This document shows positions 12,400-24,328 of a DNA stretch of 64,000 nt, one piece after another. The notes under the pieces are model-generated. The model was given only the letters and a program-made list of their open reading frames with translations, did not search any database and had not been told where the DNA came from. This DNA comes from Oopsacas minuta (lineage: Eukaryota > Animalia > Porifera). The translations under genes were made by a program, and so were the position numbers. Every line of letters starts with the position of its first letter. The stretch's first letter is position 1. The stretch lies in contig JAKMXF010000352.1 in assembly GCA_024704765.1 (NCBI GenBank), positions 62,001-126,000 on the forward strand, written 5' to 3'.

Positions 12400-13540
12400 G
12401 AAATGATGAATTTATCAGATAGGATATTATGGTAGAGTCCTGTGGTCACTTCTGCATAACTGGAATTTATTATGGATACTTTCTGTAAAGAAATTAAAAT
12501 TGCTCTCAGTCTGATAAAATTGATTCCAAAACTAAGAATCTACATGACACCTTGTGTCTGTAAGACCATTAGCAGAGACAACAGGTTCATTAAGATAAAC
12601 TTCTTTTAGTGTTCATTAGAAGATTTTCCTATTATTGGCAAGATTGAACATGTTGTGAAATGACTGAAACACGTCGAACAATACTTTTGCCACACTGATA
12701 CTTTTTAGGAAATTAAGAACTATAAAAGTGAGCCGATGTGCAGTACAATGAATGAAAATTAACTATTGAAATGATTTTTCAATGTATTATAAACGCATTC
12801 ATTACAGCAGCTTATTACCGATGTCCCATCTGCCTCCAAGGCACTTAAAGAAGATTTAGGTCCTATATTTTTTAAGAGTATAAAGAACACCATGCTGAAC
12901 GATTGAATCAGTATTAGTGTACTTTAGTCTTAACAATTCATAAAATCTTTCTTCAATGGAACCATGTTAGTTCGCGTAGCGAAGCATAAGGCTAGTTCTT
13001 CATGACAAGCATTATCTTTACGTTCAACGATTAATATAGAATTACTACCAGCTACCTCCAATTTCACTTTCACTATCCACTTGTTCACGTCAACAAGTGT
13101 TTGAATAAACTCAATACAGATTGTTTTGGAAGGATAATCATAAGACGAATATTGTGCTTTTACTTTTCGAATAAAGTTTAAAAGTGGAGTTCCTAGATAG
13201 CTGCATTTTAGTAAACCCTTTCCAATTTCCTGCATTCATTGAGTCATATGTTTCATCATGACCTCGATAAGGTAACTCTTGGAAACAAAGGAACTGATTA
13301 AACTCTATAAGCATTTTTAGATACTTTCTATTATCCTTTATAACCGAACTTCTCTTGGGGTTTAGAATATTCTCAAGTGACATTTATTTGTGTGACTTTA
13401 TGCGCTGGTATTCATCTCACCTAGGCATGACAATCATATGGTCCGCAGAACTGCCATGTTTAATTAGTCCATTTTCTAATGCATGCCTCCAGTGAAAAAG
13501 GCTGTGTTTGAAACACGACCGTTGCATATATTCTCCCAAA
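12400..13540 (-). pseudogene. decayed hAT transposase (TTF-zinc/DUF4371, ZMYM1-like type)
   Basis: HALE..GLIKHGSSADH, NRKYLKMLIE..FLCFQELPYRGHDET..NAGNW, YPSKTI..EFIQ, KDNACHEELALCF and IFIHCTAHRL, spread over several frames. Confidence 0.85.
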
Positions 13541-15739
13541 ATTAAAATTTATACAAGCAAAACAAAAAGCACTGTGCAACCTAATACTATATTCTAGCCT
13601 GCTGAATCCTGAATACCATTTAGAACAAACTTCCGCCCATTAGTAATAGGGAAACTTTAGAGAATTGGTATACTTGGGAAAGTATCAATGCTTCCTAGAT
13701 CAACAACATCCAAATTCATTTACTGTAGAAGATTGAAAATCATGAAATAGAAGTGAGAATGGAGTCATGCCCCAATACGTTTTGAGAGGAATATTGTAGA
13801 GATGATTGGATATTGCAAACAGTTGGTCCTGCGTGCTAGCTTCTGGGCTTGGAATCACTGAAATACTCTGAAAATAATTTTCCGAATTCTTAGACTTCTT
13901 TCTTCTAGGTTCAATAATTTTATTGGCTAATGGTGACAAATATAAACGTACAATAAAGAAATCAGAAAATACCGAATTGCTGGGATGTACATAGCGAATT
14001 GAAGTTCTAGTAAGTGTATTGTGTAGTATTCTATAATGAAATCAAAAACCAGCTCTGATAAGTCCAATTTTGCTCCCCAGAATTTTTAATGATTCCGCCA
14101 GATAAATTAACTTATACAAGGAAAGAGTTAAAAGACAGACAAGGATTTGATTAAGAGTAGAATAGTGGGCCTAAAATATAGAAATAATGAGGGGTTCAAT
14201 TGTTTCCATAATATCATCTGTGGGAGTGATTAGTATTAATTAAATGCCTCTGCAACAACAAATACATGAAGTCAAAAATACTGTTTCTTCAGCACATATT
14301 TTCAATTCTTCAAGAAATGAAAAAATCATTAAAGAATGTAAATTTGCTATGTTTAGTGGAAAGTAATTTTATTTTACAAAAATTGTATAAATATGAAATG
14401 CTAGGGGGACAAAGAGACTCCCAACAGCAAAATCTCTAATTATCTTGATTTGAATTTGGTGTATTTATGAGAGTTATGCGAGCTTTCAGTCAATGTCCTT
14501 TTCAACGAATTTATGTTCTTAACTTTGTTAGCTAGGATACAGTTCACAGTCGCATTAAATGGCTATCCATAGGCTTTAGGCTCTTGGGACCTATAAAGTG
14601 CATAAAATGTATTATGTATCTATTGGATATTTCATATAACTAATTGATTGTGAAGCAAAATATTTTGGTATGGCTATAAATTTTTTGAGCTATGATGATG
14701 TAATCACATTTGCGAAATACACAAACCAGCGTAAATATATCTGGATTGGAGTTAAGGGTATGAAACCTATTATTTACTAATGGGTTAATCACTAATTAAA
14801 TTAAATTGATGAGATTTAAGATTTATATAGCTTCTGTTTTCTTCTTCTGATGACGTAAGCAAAAATGGAAAAGCTGAATTCCGAAATATTTGTGGTATTT
14901 CAGTTATTTAGATAAAGTATCCACACAAAAAACAATATGTACCAAGGAATAAAGTGTTCGATTATCAATTTAAAGTTCATTTTGCTGTATTATTACGGCA
15001 ATAGTAAGTTCATCTAAGAAACGAAAAAACTTGGACGTTTTGCGTGTTCCCAATAACCGACTCTCAATTATCCGCTAAATTTAAATATAACTATTGTAGC
15101 CTTATTGCGATCAAATCTTTCGTCCTGTTACGAACACCTCAGTTGCGTCGCCTTTTTCCGCAACACACTTCAGATAGATCAGTGTTACTTAACGCTTTTC
15201 GTCACTGGGGATATACCCGTTGCGGGTTGCGTTTCTATTATCTGAGCTCGCCATGGTTGGGATTGCGTTGCCTGAAATGACCTCGGACAGAGGTACCAAC
15301 AAGTTTTGATGTACCTTGCCTTTGGCGCTTTTGAAAACTATTTGTATGGAAGTTGAAGAATGAAGTCAAGACGCTACTTAATATTAAGGGAGAGAACAAA
15401 ATCAAGTACTTCCTGGTTATTCATTTAGAATTAGAAAAAGTTATTAGAAATTGAGTATATACAGTGGTAAAATATGATTTGAGTAAATTCTGAAATTCTT
15501 CATAAATAATGATTAGCTCTATTAAAAATGCTTGGTGTTCATTTGGGCGAGGTAGGGGGAGGCTGGATTTAGTTCTAAATTATCGATAATATTATGGCAA
15601 ATCACCCTAAAACTTGACATTACCTGGCTACGACAGGCCACAGTGAATTGAGAGGTAATCTGACTAAGGTATAATGTGTCGACACATTATGTGAAGTCAA
15701 AATAAACTAAACAAGTAGCGAATTGTTTCTCCAAACTTA

Positions 15740-17244
15740 GTTTCATTAGTCCCGATCACGTTTAAACCATAAGAGGGTAGTTATAACTATTTCGAAAGGA
15801 TCTTCTTCAACAAGACTTGACAAACACTGAGAGCAAATACTGTTCACTTCTTCAGCATCACTTAGGCCAGAAGAATGAGAGATACTTCGCTTAGAATAGA
15901 AAGCACTATTAAAGAAGAAATGAACACAATAACAAACAATCAAGCTCGAGATTGAATGAGAGAAGTACCAAGCACGATTGATGTCTCCTCTTTACTAACA
16001 CTCAGTAATAGGTCCAAATAGACTATATTGTCATCGCTAGACTCTTCGAAGATTGAAATGACTTTAAAAATTCTTTAATGTGATTGAGCTCTCACCCGGA
16101 GTACTAGAGGAGAATAACTTCAGAATTGCAGAAATCTTAACTTGTCTCTCACTTCACAAAACGTGGCAAAATGTAACATTGTACTATTCACCGCTCATCA
16201 TTCGGTGAATCCAAAAGTGGCTCGTTTTGAAGGAAGAACTGAGAGCATAGGCAAAATGACAGTTTTGGTTCTTGTCGTTGACTATGGCTTGAAGGACAAT
16301 TCACGAATGGTGATAACTGGGAGAAGGTTTGTGCAGTCAGTTTTAAGTGTTTTGGAGTAAAGATCTCCAATCATCAAGCCACATCACAACATCTGAAAGA
16401 AATACAAACCGAATGTCATTAATCTGAAGTGGTATATAAAGTTCGTCATTTTAGACAGATGTCTTTATTAGGTCAATTAATGCTGAAGATTTTCATACCA
16501 TACAAATAAGGCTAATGAACTCAGCCGTTCATGAAACTTGATCATATTTATAATATGAACTATTAAAGCTGCATCGGGGTGAGTCATCAAATATTCGGAG
16601 TACAAAATTGACATTCTGTTTTTCAAGGCTAGATGGCTAGCAAGATTTGGCTGTTAATCGGTGGGCTGTTTAGGGATAGAATTTTGCTCAAGTTTAAAGA
16701 GATTCCGAAAATCTTGAAATGGTATCTTTAAAGTATTTTCGCAAGACACGAATGGAGGACAGCTAAACGTCTGATTACAATCGATTTGATTTATCCAATT
16801 ATTTCTTACTGTTTTGAAGAAGTGGACAAAGTCGAAGGTAAGATACAGAGGTCTGCAAGTGTCTAACGGGCGAGGAACACAGTTACAAGATTCGGAGTAG
16901 GAGATAGTAACCTAAACAGTTTCACTATGAGAGGGTAGTTATCTGCGCAAATAACTTGAGATTGAACATCCTTGATAACTTCACATAGTTTAAATAGTAT
17001 TTGTGCAGCTGAAGATTTTGCCCAAGGTAGGAGCCATACAACTGCAAAACTATTCATTGCCTAAAGTTGATATCATATATGCTAGAACTATATTGGCTGC
17101 TTCGTTCTGTGTAGTCGAAAGGACAAGTATTCTCAAACCTGTGTAAGAAATCTGAGTTCACATGTATTCCATCCAGATCTAATGCAACATTCCCTCCTTG
17201 GTTATTGAAATTACCAGTCGAAGCCTTCAAATCTGTTTGCAACT
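15740..17244 (-). pseudogene. decayed P-element/THAP9-like transposase, 5'-truncated
   Basis: NVALDLDGIHVNSDF (DEIHV-like), LLPWAKSSAAQI..VICADNYPL, RFVFLSDVVMWLDDWRSL, KLTAQTFS, FLQNEPL and YNVTFC. The reading frame breaks off at 17244. Confidence 0.8.
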
Positions 17245-17699
17245 CACAGTAGCGTTAATTCAGAATTTAGTGGAATCGGTATTAGTTTTCTACTTAGTAT
17301 TTGAAATGTACTATTGATATATAGGAAATCAATGGTCACGAGTTCATTGCAACTATCAGAACTAATGTAGGATTTCACATTATGTGTATTCTCAGGCATT
17401 CTAAAGTTTGGCAAAAATATACTATTATGGAGTTATGGTTGAATATTAAAATTTTAGTAATCCGTAAACTTACAAATTTTACCCATATGATGGGAAATTT
17501 GAAAATGTTTTATTCTCCAATAAACTTATTCCATCAATTTGGCTATGATATTTATTTAACCGACCTGTAAGTCTAATCGATAGATATTCAAGGATGTTTA
17601 TACATTTGTTTTATGCCAATATACTCTATCAGAATTCAATAATCAATAAGTAATGACTGGAATAATGCATCTTGTTCTTGGGGTAGAAGCTGCCGCAGA

Positions 17700-18548
17700 C
17701 TACATCTCAAGCGACAAGTTATGACCAAATTCTCCACATCTTTTACATTTAGTTTGCTGCCGGTAACTCCCTTGAACAGGGTCACTTTGACTAAGGAGAC
17801 AGGCAAACACATCCTTTACTTTCGATGCAAGTGACATCATTCTGGTGATGTTGACGTTATTTTCTAATCAACATATTGCATGCCACGATTTTTTCTTCAG
17901 AAAAGTACACCAGTCCGAAACCATTGTTACAATCTCAAATTAATTCTGGAGAATGAGCTAGTGGTCTGTGAAGTGATGGAGTTATACTTTCGCATGGAAA
18001 ATCGATTGTATTGGTCCATAGGTCTCTTTACAAGGCGAATCCAATTTGTCTGTGTAAATTGCTTGATTATAGTGAAACACGCGTGACAATACAGAAAGTT
18101 TAGTTTATAAAATACATATTGCTTCACTCGGATATGGTCTAATCATGCTATACATCCGATGGATGGGGTTGTTCTTATTAAGGAAACAAGATCTAGCAAC
18201 ATTCCCTGTCGAAGTTGTCCCTCCATCAGTACTTGGTTGATCAATCCTCAAACCAGTTTTTCATATAAAAGCTCGTTAGCAGATTTCATAGAATCAACTA
18301 TAACTCTGGAGGAAAGTGACCATTAATACGTGCCCAAATGTATGTGATGTATAAAATCATGTGCCAATGGAAGATACAAATGTATGTATGCAGAGAAGAT
18401 GCAGGAATTTTATCTATACTTGATACTGGAGGATGGGTCAAGCCATGACTGTACATAAAGGAGCAAGAGATATTATTATTATTCTTCTTCATCTTTTGAA
18501 AAGACTTTTCAGCAGTAGTAATGCTCAACTTGGTTGGAAATCCTGATC
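17700..18548 (-). pseudogene. RAG1-like/Transib transposase relic (copy X), C-terminal part
   Basis: GLTHPPVSSIDKIPASSLHTY, IDQPSTDGGTTSTGNVARSCF, DFP.ESITPSLHR.LAHSPELI..NNGFGL..FSEE...CN.LIRK and KCKRCGEFGHN. A continuation (MSEVLSEAGDANCQQCTA) lies at 22963-23056, beyond an inserted mariner. Confidence 0.82.
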
Positions 18549-18731
18549 TACAAGGGCATTCAATAAATACTAATCATACCATACTAAAACTATAAATACT
18601 TGTGTAAAGTTGGTGATTTCTGCTATGAATCTTCAAAGTAGTCTCCTATATACGCAACAACTGAACTTAGCCTTTTAATCCAATTTTCAAAGGTCTTCCT
18701 GTACTCATCCTTGGGTATGACTCCAAAGAAA

Positions 18732-21700
18732 CACAGTGGGCTATTATTGCGAATTACTAGTATTAGGGATTTGCGCATTCAATTTAGAGATAGGCTTATA
18801 AAATACATTATTACTGTATAGTAAGTCGACTATTGCGGTTCTTTTGTTGATTTCAAATTTGGTATATCACATCAGGTTTTAATATATGATGTAATCTTAA
18901 TTACCATATACAGTAATACAGAAATCTAGATATACTCTAAACTGAGATTTATTAAAAGAAATAGAATATGAATATATTATGGCTATGGTAACTGAAGAAT
19001 AACTAACATACGAATATCTTACTGATGAATTAATGTTAAATCCAAGAAGAGTCCATCTATGGAATTTTGAAGGAGAGAATCTTCATTATCAATATTATTT
19101 GTAACGTTTTCACCTTGCCTGTTTTTTGCACAATTATTTTGATGGCCTACTTGACCACAGGTGGAACAAATGATGATCCTTCTGAATTTTTCATTCTGAA
19201 TTGGACAACCATAGATGTAGAGCCTCATTGCAACATCACTTACCCTACTTAGAAAATCTGATTTCCTGCTCAAATGTGTTGAGAACTCTCGGATCAGCTT
19301 ATGTCCTTGTTCTAACCCTTCGTCAGAAAGACTACACAATCCTACCCTATCATTTCTCTCAATAAACTGATGGGCATGAGCCAAGAAAAAGTGGAGTGTA
19401 TTGCTAATAGATACCCAGGGAAAGGTTTGTAAGATTTGTATGTAGGTTTCTTGACTTAACACACGAAATCTGTCTACATCGACAATTTCATTACTATTAG
19501 CAACTCTGAGCAATGCAGATAGATTCCTGTGAATCTCTGTCAGAGCATCTCTATAAACATTGGTACAAACGATAAAGCGATCCTAAAACACAATTTTTTA
19601 TATGAAACAAATGTTCCTGCCATGTTACCAGTACTTGTGTTCCCACTTCCTCCTGGTTGGTCGAATAACAAGTTCGCAAGCTCATGGATACGCTTGCATA
19701 CTAAACCTCGATAATCTCGCACCATTTAATCTTCAGTCCACTTGGACTTTCCTGCTGCAATTCGGTAGATGAGGTTCAAAAACCAATCTAAAATCCTTAG
19801 TTAAGAACGTAAGGTGCTGCAGGAAATACATCAATGCCACTTGCATGTTCGTGTGTAATCCCACACCGTTGCTTTGTATTGTAGCTTATCAGCTCTTTTC
19901 CATCAGAGGTTAACTCACAGATTGTCTCTTTGATATCCTCTATCGAACAATCTAAAGGAAACCCTCAAACCACTTTCGTAATGCTATTGATATCACTTCG
20001 GGTTGCTTTGCAGGCAATACATGGCGCTCTTCCTTTACTTGTCATTGTTGCTAAGGTTTTTCCGTCAAACATTGAAGCTTTGACTTCTACTTCAACATGG
20101 CCATTTAGGTGATCAAAACCATTCTCATTTAGTGAAACAATTTCAGGATTTAGTAACTTACTCAATTCTATCACAGTGTCAATAGTCTCCTTTTGGCAAA
20201 TAAGTCTACTGGTTGGTTGGAAAACAGGAGTTAGGATGCCTATTATCCCACAGAACATTCGCGAATCGATCAATTACATGAAGGGGTGAAACCAAGAAGA
20301 CAATATAATTTGATCGGTCTATATTCAAGTCTGATAATAACCCAGGAAAGCAATAAGATCCAGAACCATCCAGTCCATACTTGATTTTGAGTGTTAATGG
20401 ATAGAAGTGTGGTGCAGGAAAATTTAGCACACATTCTTTTAACAACCGATCAAAGAGAGAAATTACATGTGATGAGTAAGATATATAGACCCCTATAGGA
20501 TTGGAAACATTTGGATACCAGTCGAATGTTGGAACAATTGATTTTCTAATTTCACTAATTTTTTCCCAAGTTGCTATAACGAGGCCTTCTGATTGGAGAT
20601 AATATTCAAGATCTCTCCATTTTCATTTCCCCAGCTTAAGTTGATACGCTAAGAATGTTGATTTTTCTGGTGAAACTATGTTACTGAGGGTTGGTATCGA
20701 TTCTTCGTTATAGATTTTCCAAGCGATATTTGCGATGCCTTTAAAACCAATTTGTTCTACAGTTACAATATACAAGAGGAGAGCAACGTAGCGAATGACA
20801 GAAATATTTTCAAGTTGTGCAAACTGACGGATGGAAGTAAGTATCCCAGTCTGATCAAGCCTTATCTGCTTTGAACGAACTTGAATGCCATCAATTGATT
20901 TCTCCTCTCTACATTTGGAACCAATATTACACCGCTTTCTACATCACAGCCTGAAACAGAAAGGGATGATTGGGTACTCTTAGGTTTAACAAGGATCCAT
21001 AGAGTACTTGCACTCCACCACTCACCATCTAAGCTCTCAATAGATTTCTTACTCTTTCTGAAATTAAATGATACTTTAGACATTAGAGTATACAGAATGT
21101 CTCTTGTCTTCTTCGAGATTTAGTATACGCACCACTTCATCTGCTGCTTGATTGATATCATAGTCGTGAACCTTTAATATGATAGCCAAGTCAAGACGTG
21201 TTTTCGGGCTTTCAGATACTATTGTTGCTTCAGCCATCTTTGAATTGATAATTAGAGGTTTAATAGGTTATCAAATTAATGAACTTGTATGCTACCTCGT
21301 AATATACAGTATATATAAATAATCATTGCGTTATATTGGTATAAAATTACCATGTAATTACATTACATTGTACCATAGCAACGTAGATGTGAGGATGGAA
21401 TTTGACAATATTTAACATGTTGTGCAATGAAGCGGCATCTGTACTTTGAATATAATGGTTATATTACTTGACAAGAATACATACTAAAAATTCAGGGTGG
21501 AAACTAGTGGAAACAAATTTTACTGCCAACAGGATAACTTATGGCCGAGAGAAATTTCTACAAAATTTTCACAGTATTGTATACGTAATATCTGATTAAT
21601 CTTTTCGCTCCTGAAGAAATTCAACGATAGATTCAAATTCAGTTCTACATTTGATTGAACACAAAAATAGAAATACTTAACTGTTTCATCTGATACTTTA

Positions 21701-21801
21701 TGTATCGCTTGTTGAATATATCTGGAATCTAATTCACAATTCAAAATGATATATATTGAAGGTAAGAATTTGGGCCTAATGTACCCTAGTAGCCCACTGT
21801 G
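18732..21801 (-). mobile_element. RAG1-like/Transib DNA transposon (copy Y), 3070 bp, TIRs beginning CACAGTG
   Basis: Left end CACAGTGGGCTATTA (18732-18746); right end TAGTAGCCCACTGTG (21787-21801); 14/15 identical. The ends coincide exactly with the break in the host mariner ORF. No clean 5-bp TSD (AGAAA vs AAGGT). Confidence 0.92.
19019..21237 (-). pseudogene. RAG1-like/Transib transposase, about 740 codons, several frameshifts and stops
   Basis: KIKYGLDGSGS (D at 20368-20370), SMFDGK (D at 20064-20066), CIAC, GNTSTGNM, FPWVSISNTLHFFLAH (HxxxxH), LSDEGLEQGHKLIREFSTHLSRK (E at 19310-19312) and CSTCGQVGHQNNC. Confidence 0.9.
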
Positions 21802-22962
21802 AAGGTATCCGTAAATTGCCTGACCAATGCTGAGCCGATCCTCAAATTCGCGTCCGGAGAGGTTGTCTTTGAGTTTTCTAAACAGCCAGAAGTTATATGG
21901 GATTATATCAGGGGAGTAAGGTGGATGTGGAACTTCGTGAATACCCATATCTTTAATTTTTTGCGTTACAACCAAAGATTTATGCGATCTAGCACTATCG
22001 TGCAAAGTTTTAAGACTACGAGTTCCAGTCTTTGGACCACGCTTAAGATAATGTTTTTCAACCTCAGGCAACACCACATCTGCGTAAATCATCCTGTGCG
22101 TGTCTGACCTTTGGGGACAGGGATTTGGTTACAGGACCTAGGCCATCGAAAAATATGCAGTACAAGACCTTCGGGGCACGGAAGTCGGACACACAAACAG
22201 CTGGGGTTATCTCTCCCTTCTTTAGCCATACCCTGCCATCTTGCATTCTGATCGGTGGTTTGAATTGTATCCATGTTTCATCTGTTACTATCTCTAATAA
22301 GCGCCTAGGGTCACTCCCTTCATAAATTTCAATGTTTTTCCTTAGTCATTTGGAGTCTCGCGGCCTTTTGTGGAAAAGTTAAGCAACGTGGTACCCATCG
22401 CATATGGACCTTCCTCAGTTCTAAATCCGCATTCAGAATTGTCTGTGCACTTCCCGTTGAAATGCCAACATAGTTAGCTAGCTCCTCAACCGAAGAATGC
22501 GGAAAAGACTCAGAATACTCCGAAACTTCACTCAATTTGTCATTGTTGGTCGCCAGTTTTGGTGCCCCAGGACAAGGAGCGTCTTGGACAGAGGTCCTAC
22601 CTTCCCTAAATAGGCTCACCCACCTTCTGACAGTTGAATACGATAAAATATCTTCTCCACATATCGTTGACAACTCGTCATCAATAGACTTTGGAGGGAT
22701 TTCGAGAATCGTTCGAAATTTGGTGTACGTTCGTTGTTCAAGCTCCGAAAAATTTGGACAAGAAGCCATGAAAAATGTAAAGGAGAAAATGTAGCTTTCT
22801 AAAAATAACTGAAACTTAGGAAATAATTAAGTGATCAACTCTCTCTAAGTTTTGTTAGAAAGTTGAATTATGGTTCTATATAATTGTACTGAGAAATACT
22901 AGCTTAGAACTGCTATTTCATTAAAAATATACAGTGATTAGTATATAGTGAATGCCCCTGTA

Positions 22963-23056
22963 TAATATCAAAGTCATGTAATTCAGACTAATTGGCAGTA
23001 CATTGTTGGCAATTGGCGTCACCTGCTTCAGATAAAACTTCTGACATCTCACCAAA
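22963..23056 (-). pseudogene. middle fragment of RAG1-like copy X between two mariner insertions
   Basis: GEMSEVLSEAGDANCQQCTAN*SELHDFDII. It aligns with FDGKTLATMTSKGRAPCIACKATRSDI of copy Y and joins (R)SGFP at 18548 once the mariner and one TA are removed. Confidence 0.7.
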
Positions 23057-23058
23057 TA

Positions 23059-24328
23059 CAAGCGTAATACAATAAATAAATAAGCTTTTCATAAAACATA
23101 GAGCAAACCTATACCTATCTTAAATGTTCATCAAATGTTAGGATAAATTCCACTTTTAACTATATACTTCGTTTCTATCGTTCTGGAACATTCCCAACCC
23201 AAGGGTATAGAATTCTTTAGGGGCCATCTTCCCACTGTTATATTTCGTACTCCAGCACTTTGAAATCCTCAAATCTCTTCCCTCGAAGAGGTCTCTTCAT
23301 CTCTCCAAACAGCCAGTAGTCTCTGGGAGCCAGGTCTGGACTATTCGGTGGGTGAGGGAGGCATTCGAAATCTAAGTCATCAATTGCAGCCATTGTCTTG
23401 GAGCTTACATGGGCCTTGCGTTGTCATGTTGCAGCAATACGCCACGTGTCAAATTGTCTCAGCTCTCACATTTAATCGCTTGACGCAATTCTTCCAATTC
23501 TTCACTGTTGTAATCACTATTTATGGTGTTCTTCTCAGGCAACCAGTCGAGGTGATAATTCCTTTCTTATCCCAATATACTGTTGCCATTCTCTTCCTTG
23601 GCTGATTTTGCGGCCTTTAATTTGATGGGTCAGGTTCATCACGTCTCTTCCACTGCTTCGATTGAGTTTGGCTCTCTTGTTCATAATGATCAAACTCTGT
23701 TTCATCCCCTCGTTATTATACGACCAAGAAGTCTTCTTCTGCTTTTTATCTTGAAAGCAATTCTTGCTTAACTCTTACGATTTCATGTTTTGTTCTTTTG
23801 AAAGAAGTTCTGAGGGCCAACGCATAGTTAACTTGGACATTTCCAGATCTTCAGTGATAATCGAGTGTAGTGTGGCTTTTGATATACCTACCCTCTCTTC
23901 TAACTCTTGCAGGGTTATTCGTCTGTCCTCGTCCAAAATTGTTTGGACCCTCTCGATATTACTTCAGGGCTTTGAGGAAGTCGGATGATCTGGACGAGGG
24001 TCATCATGGAGTTCCTCATCACCACTATCAAAACGTTCGATCCATCTACATATGGTGGCTTTCGAAGGACATTCATCACCGAAAATATCATGCATTTCAC
24101 TAAGAATGTATGAGCCAGTCTTCCCCTTTATTGCTAATTCCATTAGTTGAAAAGAGTAACCTGTACAAATGAAACTTTATACTGGAGATTATGCTAGTAG
24201 GCTAAAGAGTATAGTGTATAGAAGTTAGACAATCAAGTTAGGCTTGTAATCTGATATTAGGCCTAGAGTTGTATTAACTAGAATATGAATTCGATACATT
24301 TGTCTCATTACTAATTGAACAACCCTTG
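23059..24328 (-). mobile_element. dead mariner element, copy A (1270 bp)
   Basis: 5' TIR TGTCTCATTACTAATTGAACAACCCTTG|TA at 24301-24330 and degenerate 3' TIR TA|CAAGCGTAATACAATAAATA at 23057. Frameshifted transposase with QHDNARPH and NSPDLAPRDYWLF. Confidence 0.92.

Larger units (their letters stand above)
18551..22960 (-). mobile_element. dead mariner element (1340 bp net) interrupted by a 3070-bp RAG1-like transposon
   Basis: TIRs CAAGGGCATTCAATAAATACTAATCA (18551) and TGATTAGTATATAGTGAATGCCCCTG (ends 22960), with TA on both sides. The transposase runs 22769 to 21802 (WVPR, TDETW, HDSARSH, PYSPDI) and resumes at 18731 with FFGVIPKDEYRKTFENWIKRL...GDYFEDS*. Confidence 0.92.

Noticed and set aside
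17700-18000. MULE SWIM plus zinc-knuckle domain
   Set aside because: The adjoining frame reads ITPSLHRxLAH / FSEE..CN.LIRK / GGTTSTGNVAR, which is RAG1-like core; the Cys/His motif is its C-terminal tail.
18732-21801. Full 12/23 RSS with an ACAAAAACC nonamer; RAG2-like partner gene
   Set aside because: No nonamer-like sequence lies 12 or 23 nt inside either heptamer. Only about 290 bp lie 3' and 564 bp 5' of the transposase, too little for a kelch-repeat gene.
21520-22092. 190-aa ORF as a real gene
   Set aside because: It is a chance fusion of mariner sequence (to GYL) reading into the non-coding 5' end of the RAG1-like element at 21801.
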